From assembly GCA_964234715.1 (NCBI GenBank), contig OZ174275.1: 64,000 nt of DNA; one strand, written 5' to 3'. Origin of the DNA: Podarcis melisellensis (lineage: Eukaryota). Numbering within the stretch: position 1 is the first letter of the stretch; each line of letters starts with the position of its first letter. The notes under the pieces were generated by a model that ran no database searches, was not told where the DNA came from, and was given only the letters and a program-made list of their open reading frames with translations. Of this stretch, positions 39,943-53,573 are shown one piece after another. A program made the position numbers and the translations under genes.

Positions 39943-42103
39943 TGAGTCAAAGTCATCATCTGCCAAGACACCCTAAATCCAGTTGTATTCTGGACATCAT
40001 TTTGTAGCTTTTCTGTACTTTCTGCATGACCTACCTCCCTATATTGGTCTGAAGCTACAGCAATTATTTCGATGGTTTTTGCTTTTCACAATTGTATCCT
40101 GCCCTTAGCCCACAAAGCTCAGAATGGCATAAACAGGAGCCCCCACCCCAACAGCTAGGCAGCCGGAGCAGAATGTGTGAGGTTGGACCAAACTCAACCT
40201 GGGGAGTTAACGGGATGCTGAGAGATTTGAGCTGAGGTCTTGTCAGTTCAAGTTCAGAAGTGCCACACCACACCTCATTTGGTCAGAAAATCAAATGAGG
40301 CTGTTGCTATGTTTTTGCATATTTAATTTACTGCGGATGCTCGTGGCTTTCTTCTATCAGAACACACTGGATTGGCCTCAGAAGAACTTGATCTTCGCAC
40401 AGCCACTGTCCCTGCATCACTGCTGGGACCGATTCCTAATACGATGCATCAAGAGAAGGCTTACCTTCAACCCATGGCTCTTGTTCATTTGCATAGAAGA
40501 GAACATCTAGTCTATGGAGACACATTCCTTTATTTCATATCCAAAGGGACATTCTTTCCTATTATTTATGGCTACTCTCTTAGGAAAAGATCCACCCCCT
40601 CCAGCAGCTTTGGTGATTTATGAAACTCTTGTGAACACCATAATGACATAAAACAAAATTGGGCATCTGCTAAGGATGTTTCGTAACCCTTATTTAAGGA
40701 TTATCCTCAGTGACCATTTCAGGAAGCAGACTGCCTGGCACCTGAGAAAACTGTGCAAAATGGGGATTGTGTGAAGCTAATAGAAGCTTCTGATTGATTT
40801 GCTGCTTCTGGGCAATGCTTGGATGGTTCATGAGAAGGTCAGATGGAGAGCAGACATTCCTTTTTCTAAAAAGCCCAGTTCCAGTTTTGCTTCCTAAATC
40901 TATCTCTCTATGAAAAAGTAAGTTTCAGATTGCAAAAAAAGAAAGTTAATATAGAGTATAAGAGTGGAAATTCCTTTAAGCCACCTGCTGCTCAGCAAAA
41001 TTAATAATCATCAACAATAAATAAAGCTCTCTCTGACACAGTAACCCTTGTTGGTGGGTAGGCACCAGAAATTGCTTGGGAGCCTGTATATAGCCCACAG
41101 GACATGGGGTAGCCACTCCTGCTTCAAGGCCATTGTTGAAACCTTCACCTCTGTTCCTGTCTGCATGGAATCCCAGCTGGAAGCTTCTCAGTAGCTTGAG
41201 TCCTGGGTATGGGCAGGGCCAGTAAGTCTCTTTGTGGGAGGTCTGGCAAGCCACCCATTCACTAAGTGGTGTCATTATGAACTGCTGGAAGGAATGGATC
41301 ATAGGAAAGAAAACAACCAAACAAAAGGCTTGCTTCTACGATATTATCAGCATGTATTAGGTTTCTCAGCAAGCAAGATTTCGGCTGGTCTGCAAAACAT
41401 TTTAATGTCTGGGCACAAGCCATGTACTGGCACAAGCAATGAAAAGCTCAGCTGAGTCAGTTAACCATCCTAACTGCCTGGCAAAAGCCACCACTAGACT
41501 TTTAGGAATTGTAAGGGAGTGGCTTTCTCTGGTCCATGAAATTATCAGGCCTCTAATAATACAGTACTGCTTCTGTCGTAGCCTCTCTCACAGTGCTTAT
41601 CTATTAGGGGTGGATAATTTTCCCCCCTTCTATCAAGAGCCCTTGACACACAGAATAAATCAACTACTGCTACCAGCACCCCCTGCACACAAAGGGGAAA
41701 ATGCATCTGCCCTGTCTCAAAAGGGCTTTAAAATTTGGCAGTTTGTGCTGACGGAAAGCCAGCCTATTTGCACTTTCACCTCTGAAGGCACAGATCAGTT
41801 TTCAAACGTGCCAATCCTCAGGCAGAAGAGCTCTGAAGATGCTCCGGTGGCTGAGAGCCACCCCCATCTGCTTCTTCAAAGGTAAAAGTGGATCTGGTCC
41901 CCTATCAGTCAGCCACTTTCAAAGCTGTCCTCAAAATTGTGGACTGAATCCAGCCAACAGGATAGTGTCAGTTTCTGCAGCATAGGGCCATGCAGCCCCT
42001 GGTCCCATCATTCAATAGTGGGGGTGTTTGGGGCTGAAAGGTTTTCCATCGAAAGGTGGTAATTTCAAGCTGCATGGTATAGCTTTATCAACTGCCTTTA
42101 TGA

Positions 42104-42415
<312 letters not shown>

Positions 42416-42742
42416 TGAAATGCAGAGTTAGCAACACGTTCAGGGCCATTATAAATACTTTGCTAACAAGACTTACTCAGCTGAATGTGTGAATACTTAT
42501 TGTGTGGATTAGCAATACCTGTGAGCTGATCAATTAACCTAAAAATGAAGAAAAGGTGTAAACTGGATTTCACGTGCCCACAAACTCAAACCTGGTTCAT
42601 AGCATTAACTGCTGTGATTCCAGCTACTTGGTTCAGATGACATCTGTTCCCTCAGGGATTGCCTGCAGGAATTGGGGGCTGGGTGAAAGTCTTCTCCAGG
42701 GCTGGCCTAGACCATAAAATGCTGCATTGGAAGTATCATTTT

Positions 42743-42868
42743 CAGGGCTTTTTCCCAGTCCTGAACTGAGTTCTGGAACCCCTCAGGTGGTGCCATTGCC
42801 ACTCTAAGAGAATGAGGGAGGTATTCATGGTGAGTTCTGGCACCTCTTTTTCTAGAAAAATAGCACTG
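42743..42868. mobile_element. Short hAT MITE
   Basis: CAGGGCTTTTT...AAAAATAGCACTG ends; TSD ATCATTTT/GTCATTTT. Confidence 0.8.
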
Positions 42869-43928
42869 GTCATTTTACTATATAACATCTAAATGCCTTG
42901 TTAGTCCATTCACATCATTCGTATGATGAGGGATTAATCTCATATAAGATTACAAAGGTGAATGGCGATCATTCATGACAGAAATCCTTCCATAAGCCCA
43001 GCACCCCAGGCCTAGATCACCTGCCCTAAATCCAGTCCTAGACTTGTTTTTAGCACCAATAACTGCTGGGGCTTTTCTAGTTTTCCTCTTCAGAAGTCTG
43101 AGATCTCTCACCAATCAGGCAAGGCTTTCCACTTTGACTTTTAGTCATGATCTTCTCTGCTTTTCCAACAGAACCTTCTCAGGTTTCAGACATATGCCCC
43201 CCCCCACTATAGCTAACAGGAAGCTGTCATCTCCCTCTCTTCCCAAGGCACTTCTGCCAACTGACCTTTTCTTCGCTGAGTTCTTTAGTCCCTATGACAA
43301 CCAGGAGTAGTTATGTTATTAGAAATCATATCAGAGTTTTTAAAAATATTGTACAATAGCATGCATTGGGGGAGGGATTTTCTTCTGAACATGGGGGAGT
43401 GAGGTTTAATTCTTTCCTCCCCAGCTGCATTCCCAACAAAAAATTGTCCTGCAACTAAAGATTGTCATTCCCAACAAAAATCGTCCTGCAACTTAAAAAC
43501 TAAAGACCTTATTGGAGCCAAAGTGAGATTTTACTTTGTGGCTCATTGCCATATGCAAGGGGTACAGTTTTTGTTGGAATTGTAACTAAGGAAGTAAGGG
43601 TTGCTGTGCTTCAGATGAAATATTCCATCATGCCTGCTATCAATTTTGGGTTGTTTAAATAAATTATCTGCCTTGGTTTCTAATGGCACATGTTGTCACA
43701 TCTGGTTTTACCCTCATTCAACAACTGTCAAAATATATACATCTACAGGGGCATGCAGAAGCTTTGATCAAAACACTGTGCATAAGCAGTTTTACAACCA
43801 TAGAATTTACATGCTTACATCAGTTCCAGGACGGAAGAGGCAGACGTTGAACTGTGGACAGACAGAGACCTGATGAATGTGTGTGTAAGATGCCTGGTTG
43901 CTCCCCCAGAGTGTCAATAGAGCTATCT

Positions 43929-43977
43929 GAATCATAGAATCATAGAGTTGGAAGAGACCACAAGGGCCATCGAGTCC
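43929..43977 (-). mobile_element. CR1-type 3' tail
   Basis: gaatcatagaatcatagagttggaagagacc is the reverse complement of the CR1 (ATTCTATG)n end; lies 70 nt upstream of exon 8. Confidence 0.8.
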
Positions 43978-44009
43978 CTGTCGAGCAGGAAACGTCCCAG
44001 GAAGTCTGA

Positions 44010-44279
<270 letters not shown>

Positions 44280-44844
44280 TGAACATTACAGACCTTGCCT
44301 ATTGCAAAGCAGTTTAAAGTTGTGAGCCTCCATTGTAATAAACAGTGAAAAGCCTTGGCTGCTTTTGCCAGTTCCCAAGTAGAGCATCACGTATTGCAGC
44401 CTACATGGGAATTACACAGTTTTCTACATGAAGTAATTTCTGTGTAGGGATTTGTAAGACATGAAAGCAGACCTTGATTTCTGTCTATAACCTGGTTTCA
44501 GAGGCAGTGTTAATGTGTTGTGTAGAGATTTTCATTGTACTTGATTATAAATAATGGAAAATAAATATACTCAAGTTAGCATGAGTTAAATGAATCACAT
44601 ATTGCTTTAATCAAAAATCATTATGGAAAACAAATGATTTATTATTATTTTTTTGCAAAATCAAAAGACTGGTGTGTTAATAAAACTAAACTCAGTCAAA
44701 ATCTTCTAAATTACAATATTAGAGGCTGCACTGAAATAACAGGGAATGTGTTCCTACAGAAGTTGGAGTGATCAAGCAGTTCCCATATTTGTAAGAGAAA
44801 CACTAACTAAAAGAAGGCCCAGCTAAACAAGTGGATGTGTTTAA

Positions 44845-44988
<144 letters not shown>

Positions 44989-45920
44989 TAAGTAACATTA
45001 AAGAAACATGTCACCTTTCTCCAGACAGTGATGTTGTGGCTTAACTACCCACTCAGGTGTCAACTCCTTCATGATCAATAATGCTTGCTGCAAGAAGCAC
45101 TCCTGCATGTGCAGCAGCTGACCAATGTTTATGCAAGAAAGCATTTAAAGGGAATGCACACAGATTGTTTCTGATACCCAACTGTAGCGAAATTGGAACG
45201 GAGCAGAAATCGGCAAGCATTGTTTGCAGACAGTAGGAGGATGTTAACTTAAAGCATGTGGTTGTTTGCTGTTTCAAGGAAATGTCATTGAAGTAAAAAC
45301 ATTTCACTTGATGGAGATGTCCTGCCTCCTGAATGGACAAAGCCATAATTCAGCTGCAGAGGCAAGGTGTTAGCGAGGGGGTAGGGCTAAGGGCTTACCA
45401 TTGTGTTTCTGATCATTCTCATGTGGTAAAAAATCCCTGTCCCCTGAAGTAAGCCCTGTGGCGAATTGTGCTGCTGACATTTGCTTCTTTAGAAAAGGTC
45501 AGATTGAGCAAGACAATATCATGGCAGCGCAAAGGAAAAGGAGCTCAAACCTTCCATAGTGGAATTAATGCCATAGAGGAATTGATGGGAGTATCTGGGC
45601 TTTTCACAGCACAGTCCTAGGCATCTCCTGAGAAATAATTGAGAGATTTCACACTGATTCACACAATCTTCCCTAGGCCTTCTTTCAAATTAGTTTCACT
45701 TTACCATGCGTTTGTGTGTGTTAAGAGTGCACTGTACAAAATACTCAATAAAATACTGTTTGAAATAATTGCAGCTTTATAGTATGGTCATGTAATATAC
45801 AGACCTTCCTCTCTTCTTTTTCTTGTAAAGGCTATTTCACCCTAAAAATAATTCTTCTGAGACAGGTCTTCTGTGCACTGGTTTTAAACGTGCAGTGGCC
45901 CATGATTAGTCTACTTAGAT

Positions 45921-46205
45921 CAGGGTGCCCAAACTTTTTTCAAAGAGGACCAGATTTGATGTGAAGGCCGACCAAGTGTGAGGGCCGACCAAAGTTGTTG
46001 AGCTTTTTTGTGAAATGAAATTGAATTTTTTTGTGAAATGAAATTGAATTGAAATTGAAATTACAATTTTACCCCAAAGTTCTTAAGCTTTTTTGAGGAT
46101 TGAAGTTTACCCCAAAGTTGTTGAGCTTTTTCTTGGATTTTACCCCAGAGCATTTACTGCTATGGAGGCTGGATTAAATTGACTGGCAGGCTGGATTAGG
46201 CCACC
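45921..46205. mobile_element. hAT-Charlie-like MITE with internal tandem repeats
   Basis: CAGGGTGCCCAAACTTTTT start; repeated ttttttgtgaaatgaaattgaa and ccaaagttgttgagcttttt. Confidence 0.55.
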
Positions 46206-48084
46206 GAAACAGAAAAAAGAGAGAAGAAATAGTAAGAACATGTCCCCAGTAAGAGTATTGCTGTTATGCATGTTATGTCTAGATTGCAGGTAGTCTGGAT
46301 TCCAGTAGATCTTCCCATTGGTGCTGGTGGGGCAGCTTGAAATACTTTCCCAAAGGACTATTGTATCTAGCAATTATATCAGTGCACCTTGTCAGTCTGT
46401 TACTGTTACTGAATAAAGCAGAAACATATTTTATTGTTGAGAAGCACCCAAGCAAACTTCTTACAAGTCCTGAGGTATAAAATATGTCTGGGGTTTTTAA
46501 AGTACTTTTGGTATGAGCTAAATAGACTGACATGAATGAAATCTGGGAAGAAGGGAAAAAACATGAAAAAAAACATACAAGGGTAGTCATTCTTCATTAT
46601 GAAAACTGAAATATTAAGAAACCAGGTCATTCACTTAAAATTTATCAGGAGTAAACCTTTTCCAATTTGTTATACTGTGTCAATCTTGATTCAAAATTGC
46701 TGTAATACTGGGCTGCAAACTCCATCTTTAAAACTGTATAAAATATGCTGGATTTTATTTTATTTCTTTTGCTCTGTTTAGTGTAGGGAAGATATATACA
46801 GTCTTCACAAGGAAATCTTTTTTTAAGTGTTCTGATCTCCTGCTGTTCCTCCACTCCAAAGTGAACAAAAATGGCATTTTAAAGAACAGTGTTATTTGTC
46901 CACAGCTGGAATTAATCCAGAGTCATTAGTGGTAGCCAAGAACTGCAAGTTTCCAAAGGGGAAATTGACAAGCTTAGCAAATGTCACGGAAAGGTCTCCA
47001 GCACAGAGATGCTATGCCCAAAGAAATGGAGAATTAGAAAGGGCCTTCTTGTGTAAATGGTTCATGTTCAGCTTCTAAAATACTTGCTGAAATGTAGAGC
47101 TACCACTGCAAATTTAGCGTGAACACCTGATTTTTCTTCCCTTTTAGCGTTCTGTGAAACCAAGCCAAAAAAACCATGATTTATGTCTGAAAAACGCCTG
47201 GGGGAATCACATTTTAATTTTTAGTACTTAGGCCTGGTGCTAAATAATAAATTGAGAAACAATGAGGGCCTATGTAAATGAAATGGACATACCATGAAGG
47301 TTGTCTGAAATTACTTTCTATGGTAGCTTTCTCCACATAGGAATGTTTCAGTATGCAGTGCAGCACCTCACAGGAGGATGTTTCTCCATCTCACTGCAAA
47401 CTTACAAAATGATTGTTGTGGATTGAAGAAAACCACCTGATTGGCACAATGACTGGCTGCCATGATACACAGATACAGTCGCCATGGGATGCAGTTGAAT
47501 TAAAGGTTCTCTGACCCCTATTAAAACTGAGCTGGTAGTAAGTGAACCACCACACCTACAGATGCCAGGCTTGTTTGGGGCAAGTGTTTCACAATGTATA
47601 CTTCATATCCACACATCATGATAAGGATTGGGTGCTGCAAGTGGATTGTTTCATGCAATCTAACTGAAATTTATAACTGACCTGCTGCTGAACGCTATTT
47701 TGGCACCTGTTTATAGAAGGTTCGGCATTGGTCATCTACCTGTTTTTTTTTCAGTAGGACAAAATCTACAGTCATGTCACTATTTGATTACATAGATGAA
47801 CCTTTAAAAGAAAAAGAGTTGCCACATTTTTTTCACTTTATCATTGGATTTCTCTCTACAAAATGAGCATGTGCAGCTTCTCAAAAATCCCAAGAGACAG
47901 TGGGAACTACCCAGTTTTTCCTTTGCAGCATCAGGGTGATGCAAATTACGAGATCTCTTGACTATAATTCTTTTTCAAATGTTCAAAAGAACATAAAGCT
48001 AGTAAAGGTTAAAGGAACCACTTTAGGTGTAAGATATGACACTCAGGTCTACTTTAACCTCCTGCTGGTGCTTTGCTATTGCAG

Positions 48085-48316
48085 AGATCGAATGAGAACC
48101 TCTGTCAATGTTGTGGGAGATTCCTTTGGAGCTGGCATTGTCTATCACCTCTCCAAGGCAGAGTTGGAAAACATTGATGCCCATCACAAAGGACACGAAG
48201 ATATTGAAATGACCAAGACACAGTCCATTTATGATGACATGAAAAACCACAGGGAAAACAACTCAAACCAGTGTGTTTATACAGCCCACAACTCTGTCAT
48301 AATAGATGAGTGCAAG
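48085..48316 (+). CDS. SLC1A2: SLC1A2 exon 10: [17 protein letters not shown]...[11 protein letters not shown]
   Basis: Acceptor ctattgcag|A, donor AAG|gtacct, 232 nt; lies within ORF 47900..48355. Confidence 0.98.
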
Positions 48317-48355
48317 GTACCTTTCACATTTATGGATATTGAGACTTGCATCTAG
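48317..48355 (+). CDS. SLC1A2: GLT-1b/EAAT2b C-terminal extension (exon 10 read-through): [12 protein letters not shown]
   Basis: The frame stays open past the exon-10 donor to TAG at 48353-48355. Nearly identical to the rodent GLT-1b tail as recalled (PFPFLDIETCI); ends in a T-C-I PDZ ligand. Confidence 0.92.
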   Translation, partial: VPFTFMDIETCI

Positions 48356-50355
48356 TCAATCATACCTCATCTTCCTTTGTTTTTTAACCTGCATGTATTT
48401 TTTAAAAAAATGTATCACTAATAATGGGACAATGCTGCATGCTATGTTGATCAGTTTAAAGACATGGGTACATATATTGTTTGCTTTCTTTGAGTATTTA
48501 AATTGCTAATGCATGCCATGTTTACAAATAACATTGTGTTCTACAGGGTGTTTTGGAAGGCAGTGCAATGCAATGGGGGAATATTGTCCAGTTAAGCATT
48601 CTTATATCTTCCCATTACAAGAAAGGTTGTAAATCCAGTTAATAAGGCCTATAGATAAATAGGAGAATTGATGTGGCAATGAAAACGGTTAAAACTGCCT
48701 AAAAACAAACAAACAAAAAAATCTCCACCATTTTCTCCTCCAGATCAGAGCAATTCTGTTGCCTTTGTGTGTTTGGAGAATCCATGATGGACCAGCTACC
48801 ACATTTAAAGCCCTGTTGCGTAGCTATAGCCTGAGCAGGAGGCTTTTCCTCTCTGTTGGCATCTTCTGTTTCTTTCCCTCCCCTCTCATGGACCGCAGGT
48901 GGGGAAGGGGGTCAACAACACCAATTCCAGGGGTGACATAGTTTGGGGGCTTTTGGGGGAGTGTGTCAGGGGAACGAGGGGACTTGAAATCCTGTAGGTC
49001 CATGACCTCCCCCAACATGCCTCTTGAACTCCATGATTCAGACCACACCACTGGTGGAACACCACTGACAGGCCATACCAGAGGATCTCCAGCATCGTAA
49101 GTGTCATTCTGCTGGAGGCCTTCTCTTTCCACTGGTGGAAAGGCACTTCCTCCATTTCTTCTCATCCCTCGGCCAACCAAATGTGATTTTGGCCTTTTAA
49201 ATGATATTTAAAAGTGACAGTTCAGAGTGCAAGATAGTTAACTGTTTGGAAATAGAAGTTCAGTCAAATCCAGAGATTTTTCTTGTGCATCCCACAGGGA
49301 GGGGCAGAAGCAACACAAAAGTCATTTGTTTCAGTGGGTTATGTTCCAGGAGCCTGCCATTTTCCCGAGTAGAAAAAGGCAGAAATTGGAAGCACACTTC
49401 CTTGCTTCTTTTGAAATCAACGGCAGATACTTCCAAGTGAACGTAATTAAGATCAGGCTGTAAGGAACCTGGAGGAGAAAATATGAAGCTGTTTCTATTT
49501 ATATACAGTTAGGGGAAGCAAAGATAAGCACAAGAAAGAAGCACATTCTCATGCTTCCCCTGACACCCAAATAAATGCAAAGCCTGTCCTTTTGTGGATC
49601 GAGGCTTTCCATGACACACTGTAGAGACACATGCACTGTACCTCGTCCTCAGCAACTGAGAGCTCTTGTGCTCGCCATAATATTTATGCTTTATTTTCAT
49701 TTTCATTGTGGGCCATTCCAATGCCATTTTTGTGATTTCTGTCTATTGCTGTTTGTAAATTACTCGGTTTAAGAAGAGATTATAACAAGAATTGTCCTGA
49801 CCAAGAGTTACCATGAACTTGAGGAAACTCCATGGCTGAATGAGAAACTAATTTGGATGCTTTGCATCTTGCTTCCAAACTCATCCTTGTGGACGCATCA
49901 CTGTTGTTCAGCATGATGTCTGAATGCAGCCATTGACGAGACTGGGCTTGGCTGGAGAATTGAACTGAACAAACGTTTTTCTTTAGGTAGATCTACAGTT
50001 TTCCCTAATGTGCTGTCATTAAAGGATTTCCATAGCCATTTCAGATTTTGATTAATGTTTCAGCTGGATAGTCATCAAGCTCACTTACTTGCTACTGATA
50101 TTTCTAAGTCCCAGTAGGGAGAACAGGGGAGAGAAACCATTGATGGCTGCGTACAACATCAGGTTTCTAAAATCACACAAGTAATTTAAAAATAACAAAG
50201 CTTTGCTGTAACTAAAAACAATCTGACAGAAAGGCTTTATAAATATGCCAGTTCTAAAGAAAGGCACCATTGCTCTGACATTATGCCTAGGACCTGAGTT
50301 TATTTCTCTGAAGTAGGCATCTGCTGTTTTAAACATTTCTCAGATCACATAGTTA

Positions 50356-50369
50356 TGTATAATAATAAA
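50356..50369 (+). terminator. Candidate poly(A) signal for the GLT-1b transcript
   Basis: TGTA at 50356 followed by AATAAA at 50364-50369, between the b stop codon and the c exon. Another AATAAA lies near 49570. Confidence 0.35.
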
Positions 50370-50577
50370 GTGTAGAAGAATCCCATGGTTAAAAAATTGA
50401 GCCCCTTTGAGTTAAGCACATAGTTCAGTCATGCTCATTTAAATACTGCATATTGAAAATCTGGACAGAAAAGTTGTTGAGCCTATTCAAAATTATTATT
50501 TTAAGTTTTGACCAAACTTTTTGAGTCTTTTTGCATGCAAAGTCTCAACAAACATCGCCGAAAATGACAATGTCAAC

Positions 50578-50692
50578 AGGGGTTGCCATATGTCCGGATT
50601 TCCCCAGACATTTCAGCAATTCCTGCCCAGACTCAGTTTCCAACTGCTGATTGCCAGCTATGTACAGGAAATTCCAGATGCGTGCAACCCTA
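50578..50692. mobile_element. PIF/Harbinger-like MITE
   Basis: gggttgccatatgtccggattt...aaattccagatgcgtgcaaccct inverted ends. Confidence 0.55.
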
Positions 50693-51166
50693 TTACATTT
50701 ATCTCGATTATTCTTGATAAGTTTAAAAAATTACAAGCAGCGCAGAAAAGTATGTGAATGAAATTGTAGAAAATGTCCTGCAAGAGAAAAGTTTGCTGCA
50801 ACTCTGGTCAGTGGTTGTTGTTGTTGTTTCTTTGTCTCAAGTATTAATATAATGACATGTCATTTCTACTTAATATTCTAAACATCTTCCTAGTTTGATT
50901 GCTTTGCACAGCTAATATATGCTTTATTAGCAAGCTATGTCGATTGTTGTTGCATGGGCTGTTTTTCTGTATTATTTTTTTAAAAAATCACAATTCACAT
51001 TACTTCCTTTGCAAACTAACCTATAATTTCAGTTCCAAATATGTGGTGTATTCTGTTCTTTATAATGCATGTGTTTCCCTTTTAATTATCTAAGAAAGAG
51101 GCTGGCTTTGTTTCAAACATGGGTACATTGTCATGATTTCATGTCCCAATGCTCCCATGCGTCCAG

Positions 51167-51202
51167 TTTGTCCATCATGTGGAATATCAGTCCTGTCTTT
51201 AA
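51167..51202 (+). CDS. SLC1A2: Putative GLT-1c alternative terminal exon: FVHHVEYQSCL*
   Basis: Acceptor gctcccatgcgtccag|TTT is in phase 0 with the exon-10 donor; 11 codons plus TAA. Resembles the recalled mammalian GLT-1c tail ending VEYQSWV. Confidence 0.78.
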   Translation, partial: FVHHVEYQSCL

Positions 51203-51903
51203 GTTTTCATGCGAAGCTGAGGACAGTAACATGAAAGGTAAGCTAGGAAATAATGGGGTTCTGTTTAGAATTAGATGAAAGACTCCCTTACTATGTAAAG
51301 GTCCAGTTCATTTCTGCCCAGTCAAACAAGCACATTGGCCATTTTGGCTTATCTAGCCATGCATAGCACATCTCCACTGGGGAAAAAAGATGGCGCTTGG
51401 CTGGCTGTGGGGTTGTTGTTTTTTTCCTTTAGAAAAAATATTGACTGCTGAGATGTTGCTTACAAGCCAGTATTTCCCATGGAATGATTTAACATTCTTG
51501 GTCTTCCACAATTGTTATCAAGTTAACATTGAAGTGTGAACCTTTAGCTGAGACTCTGATACGGCTGTTTGTGGTTTTGTATGTAAAATGCAGCCTAGTT
51601 AAGTATGGTTTGACTCAGTTGTAACTGCACCTTCAACATTACACGATCGGACACAGTAGTGAACAGTGATGTTTCCCAGCAGGTCCTTGTGGAGGATCAA
51701 TTCTGCCGTTTACTATTTAGCTTTTTGTAACATATGTGCATATGTATGTGTGTATGATTCACATATGTATGTGTATCTCTGTGCACATCAGGCCTATAGA
51801 CCTGATTTCTCAACATTCTGCTTTGTGGACAGAGCACTATTGTAATTTTGAGTTCTTCCTGCAGATTGAGAAACATTGAAAGGGCAGAACTGATTCAGTA
51901 CAA

Positions 51904-51909
51904 AATAAA
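51904..51909 (+). terminator. Candidate poly(A) signal for the GLT-1c transcript
   Basis: AATAAA between the c exon and the exon-11 acceptor, with U-rich sequence downstream. Confidence 0.3.
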
Positions 51910-52042
51910 AACACGTATGTATATTTTCACACATAGATTTAATGTAAATCTTGTAAATATTCAGTTTTGCTGTTTAATTCTTGACATTTCTCGCAAAAGT
52001 GCCTTGATCTTTAAGTTAGGTGTTGATGACAATTATTTACAG

Positions 52043-52117
52043 GTCACCCTGGCAACAAATGGCAAATCTGCAGACTTCAATGCTGTTGAAGAAGAACCTT
52101 GGAAACATGAGAAATAA
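52043..52117 (+). CDS. SLC1A2: SLC1A2 exon 11 coding part (GLT-1a tail): VTLATNGKSADFNAVEEEPWKHEK*
   Basis: Acceptor attatttacag|GTC; stop TAA at 52115-52117. Confidence 0.97.
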   Translation, partial: VTLATNGKSADFNAVEEEPWKHEK

Positions 52118-53573
52118 GGAAGGAACAATCCAAGTCCACCTCTAACAAGTCCCAGAAGTTGTATTGTGGTAAAAGCTGGTATCAAGATTCAAGAAGATTT
52201 TTCACTGTCTTCATTTAGTATAAAAACTATTCGCTTATTTAATGCTCTTAACGGAAACTTAGAAACAGTCTCATAAAGTCATTGCTCCTTTAGCATCTTT
52301 GCCAAATAATTCATAACCATCTCTCTCAATTGTGTCACCATTTGAATGGATGTGGCTGAAGGACACCCTGTCAGTTCAAGAGATGTATTTTTGCTGGGCT
52401 TCCTCTGTTCAACTCAAGACGTAGAGAATGTAGATACTGTACTGCAAAAGAGGAAAGATCAGAAAGCCCCAATGACTGGTGAGACTCTGGCTAATAAGCA
52501 TTAAGTATAATGTAAAGGGTGCAGTCTTTTGCAATGCCTCTTCTCCTGCTGTAGATGTCAACCAGCACCTTGGTGCATATCAAATACAGTTAGCACTGTG
52601 GACTGTAATATATGATCACTGTAAATGTTTTATATGTGCTTTATTAATACGTGGCATATGATATTCTCAGTTCCCTATTATTCATGCCATCCTCACATCG
52701 ATGGTCATATCCCAGTTCTTTTAACCATCCAGAGCCCCATGCATGCCAGATCCCAGGGGATATCGTCATTTTCATCACCCAAAACTTGAAGATATAGGGA
52801 AAATGATTTGCAGTTTATAGTGGTGGATGGGTGTGAATGCCTGTGTGCATGGTCCCCAAAAATGAATTAACCCCTGGGCAGCATGTATACATGGCTTGAC
52901 CATGATTGGTTTTTTCTCCAATTGAGTTCAATGGACTGTATTGCCAGTATATAAATTTAGGTGTGAAATATGTAGTTTTCAGAGCTAATAAACCATCCCA
53001 GATTGTATGCTATTCATACTAGCAACTAGCACAATTCTGATTATCCATACAAGGAGAAACATAGACTGCAATATGTGACTGTCTCAATCCAGCAACGTCA
53101 AAGTACCATATTGATGCATATCACTGGTATTTCAGCAGGAAAATCTGCAGCAAGTAATATCTTGTCACCCTTTTGCTGAGACCTGGGATGGAACAAGGTG
53201 CTATTCTTTAGGGATAAAATGTCTGCAAATGAATCACATCTTTTGCATTCATTTTGCTAAAAACAAACTTAGCAAGTTTAATATTGTTTAACAGCTGGAA
53301 GCTATTTATACACTGGCGAAAATGTTTTATATGTTCGGTCCTTGTGAACAGAGAACTGAAACATAAGATATGGTAATAATCTTGTCAGTTATATCTTGGT
53401 TTGTACAAATGGGTTTGGGTAAAGAATATCCATTCAGAATTGTAACAGAATTATATTTAGAAATTGTTGTGATGCCCAAACTGCAATAATTCCTTGACAA
53501 CCCATCATAAAAGGACACACTGCCACAGCAAATATCTGTAAATTGGAGCAGGAAAGATTTAATCTCGTTGACA

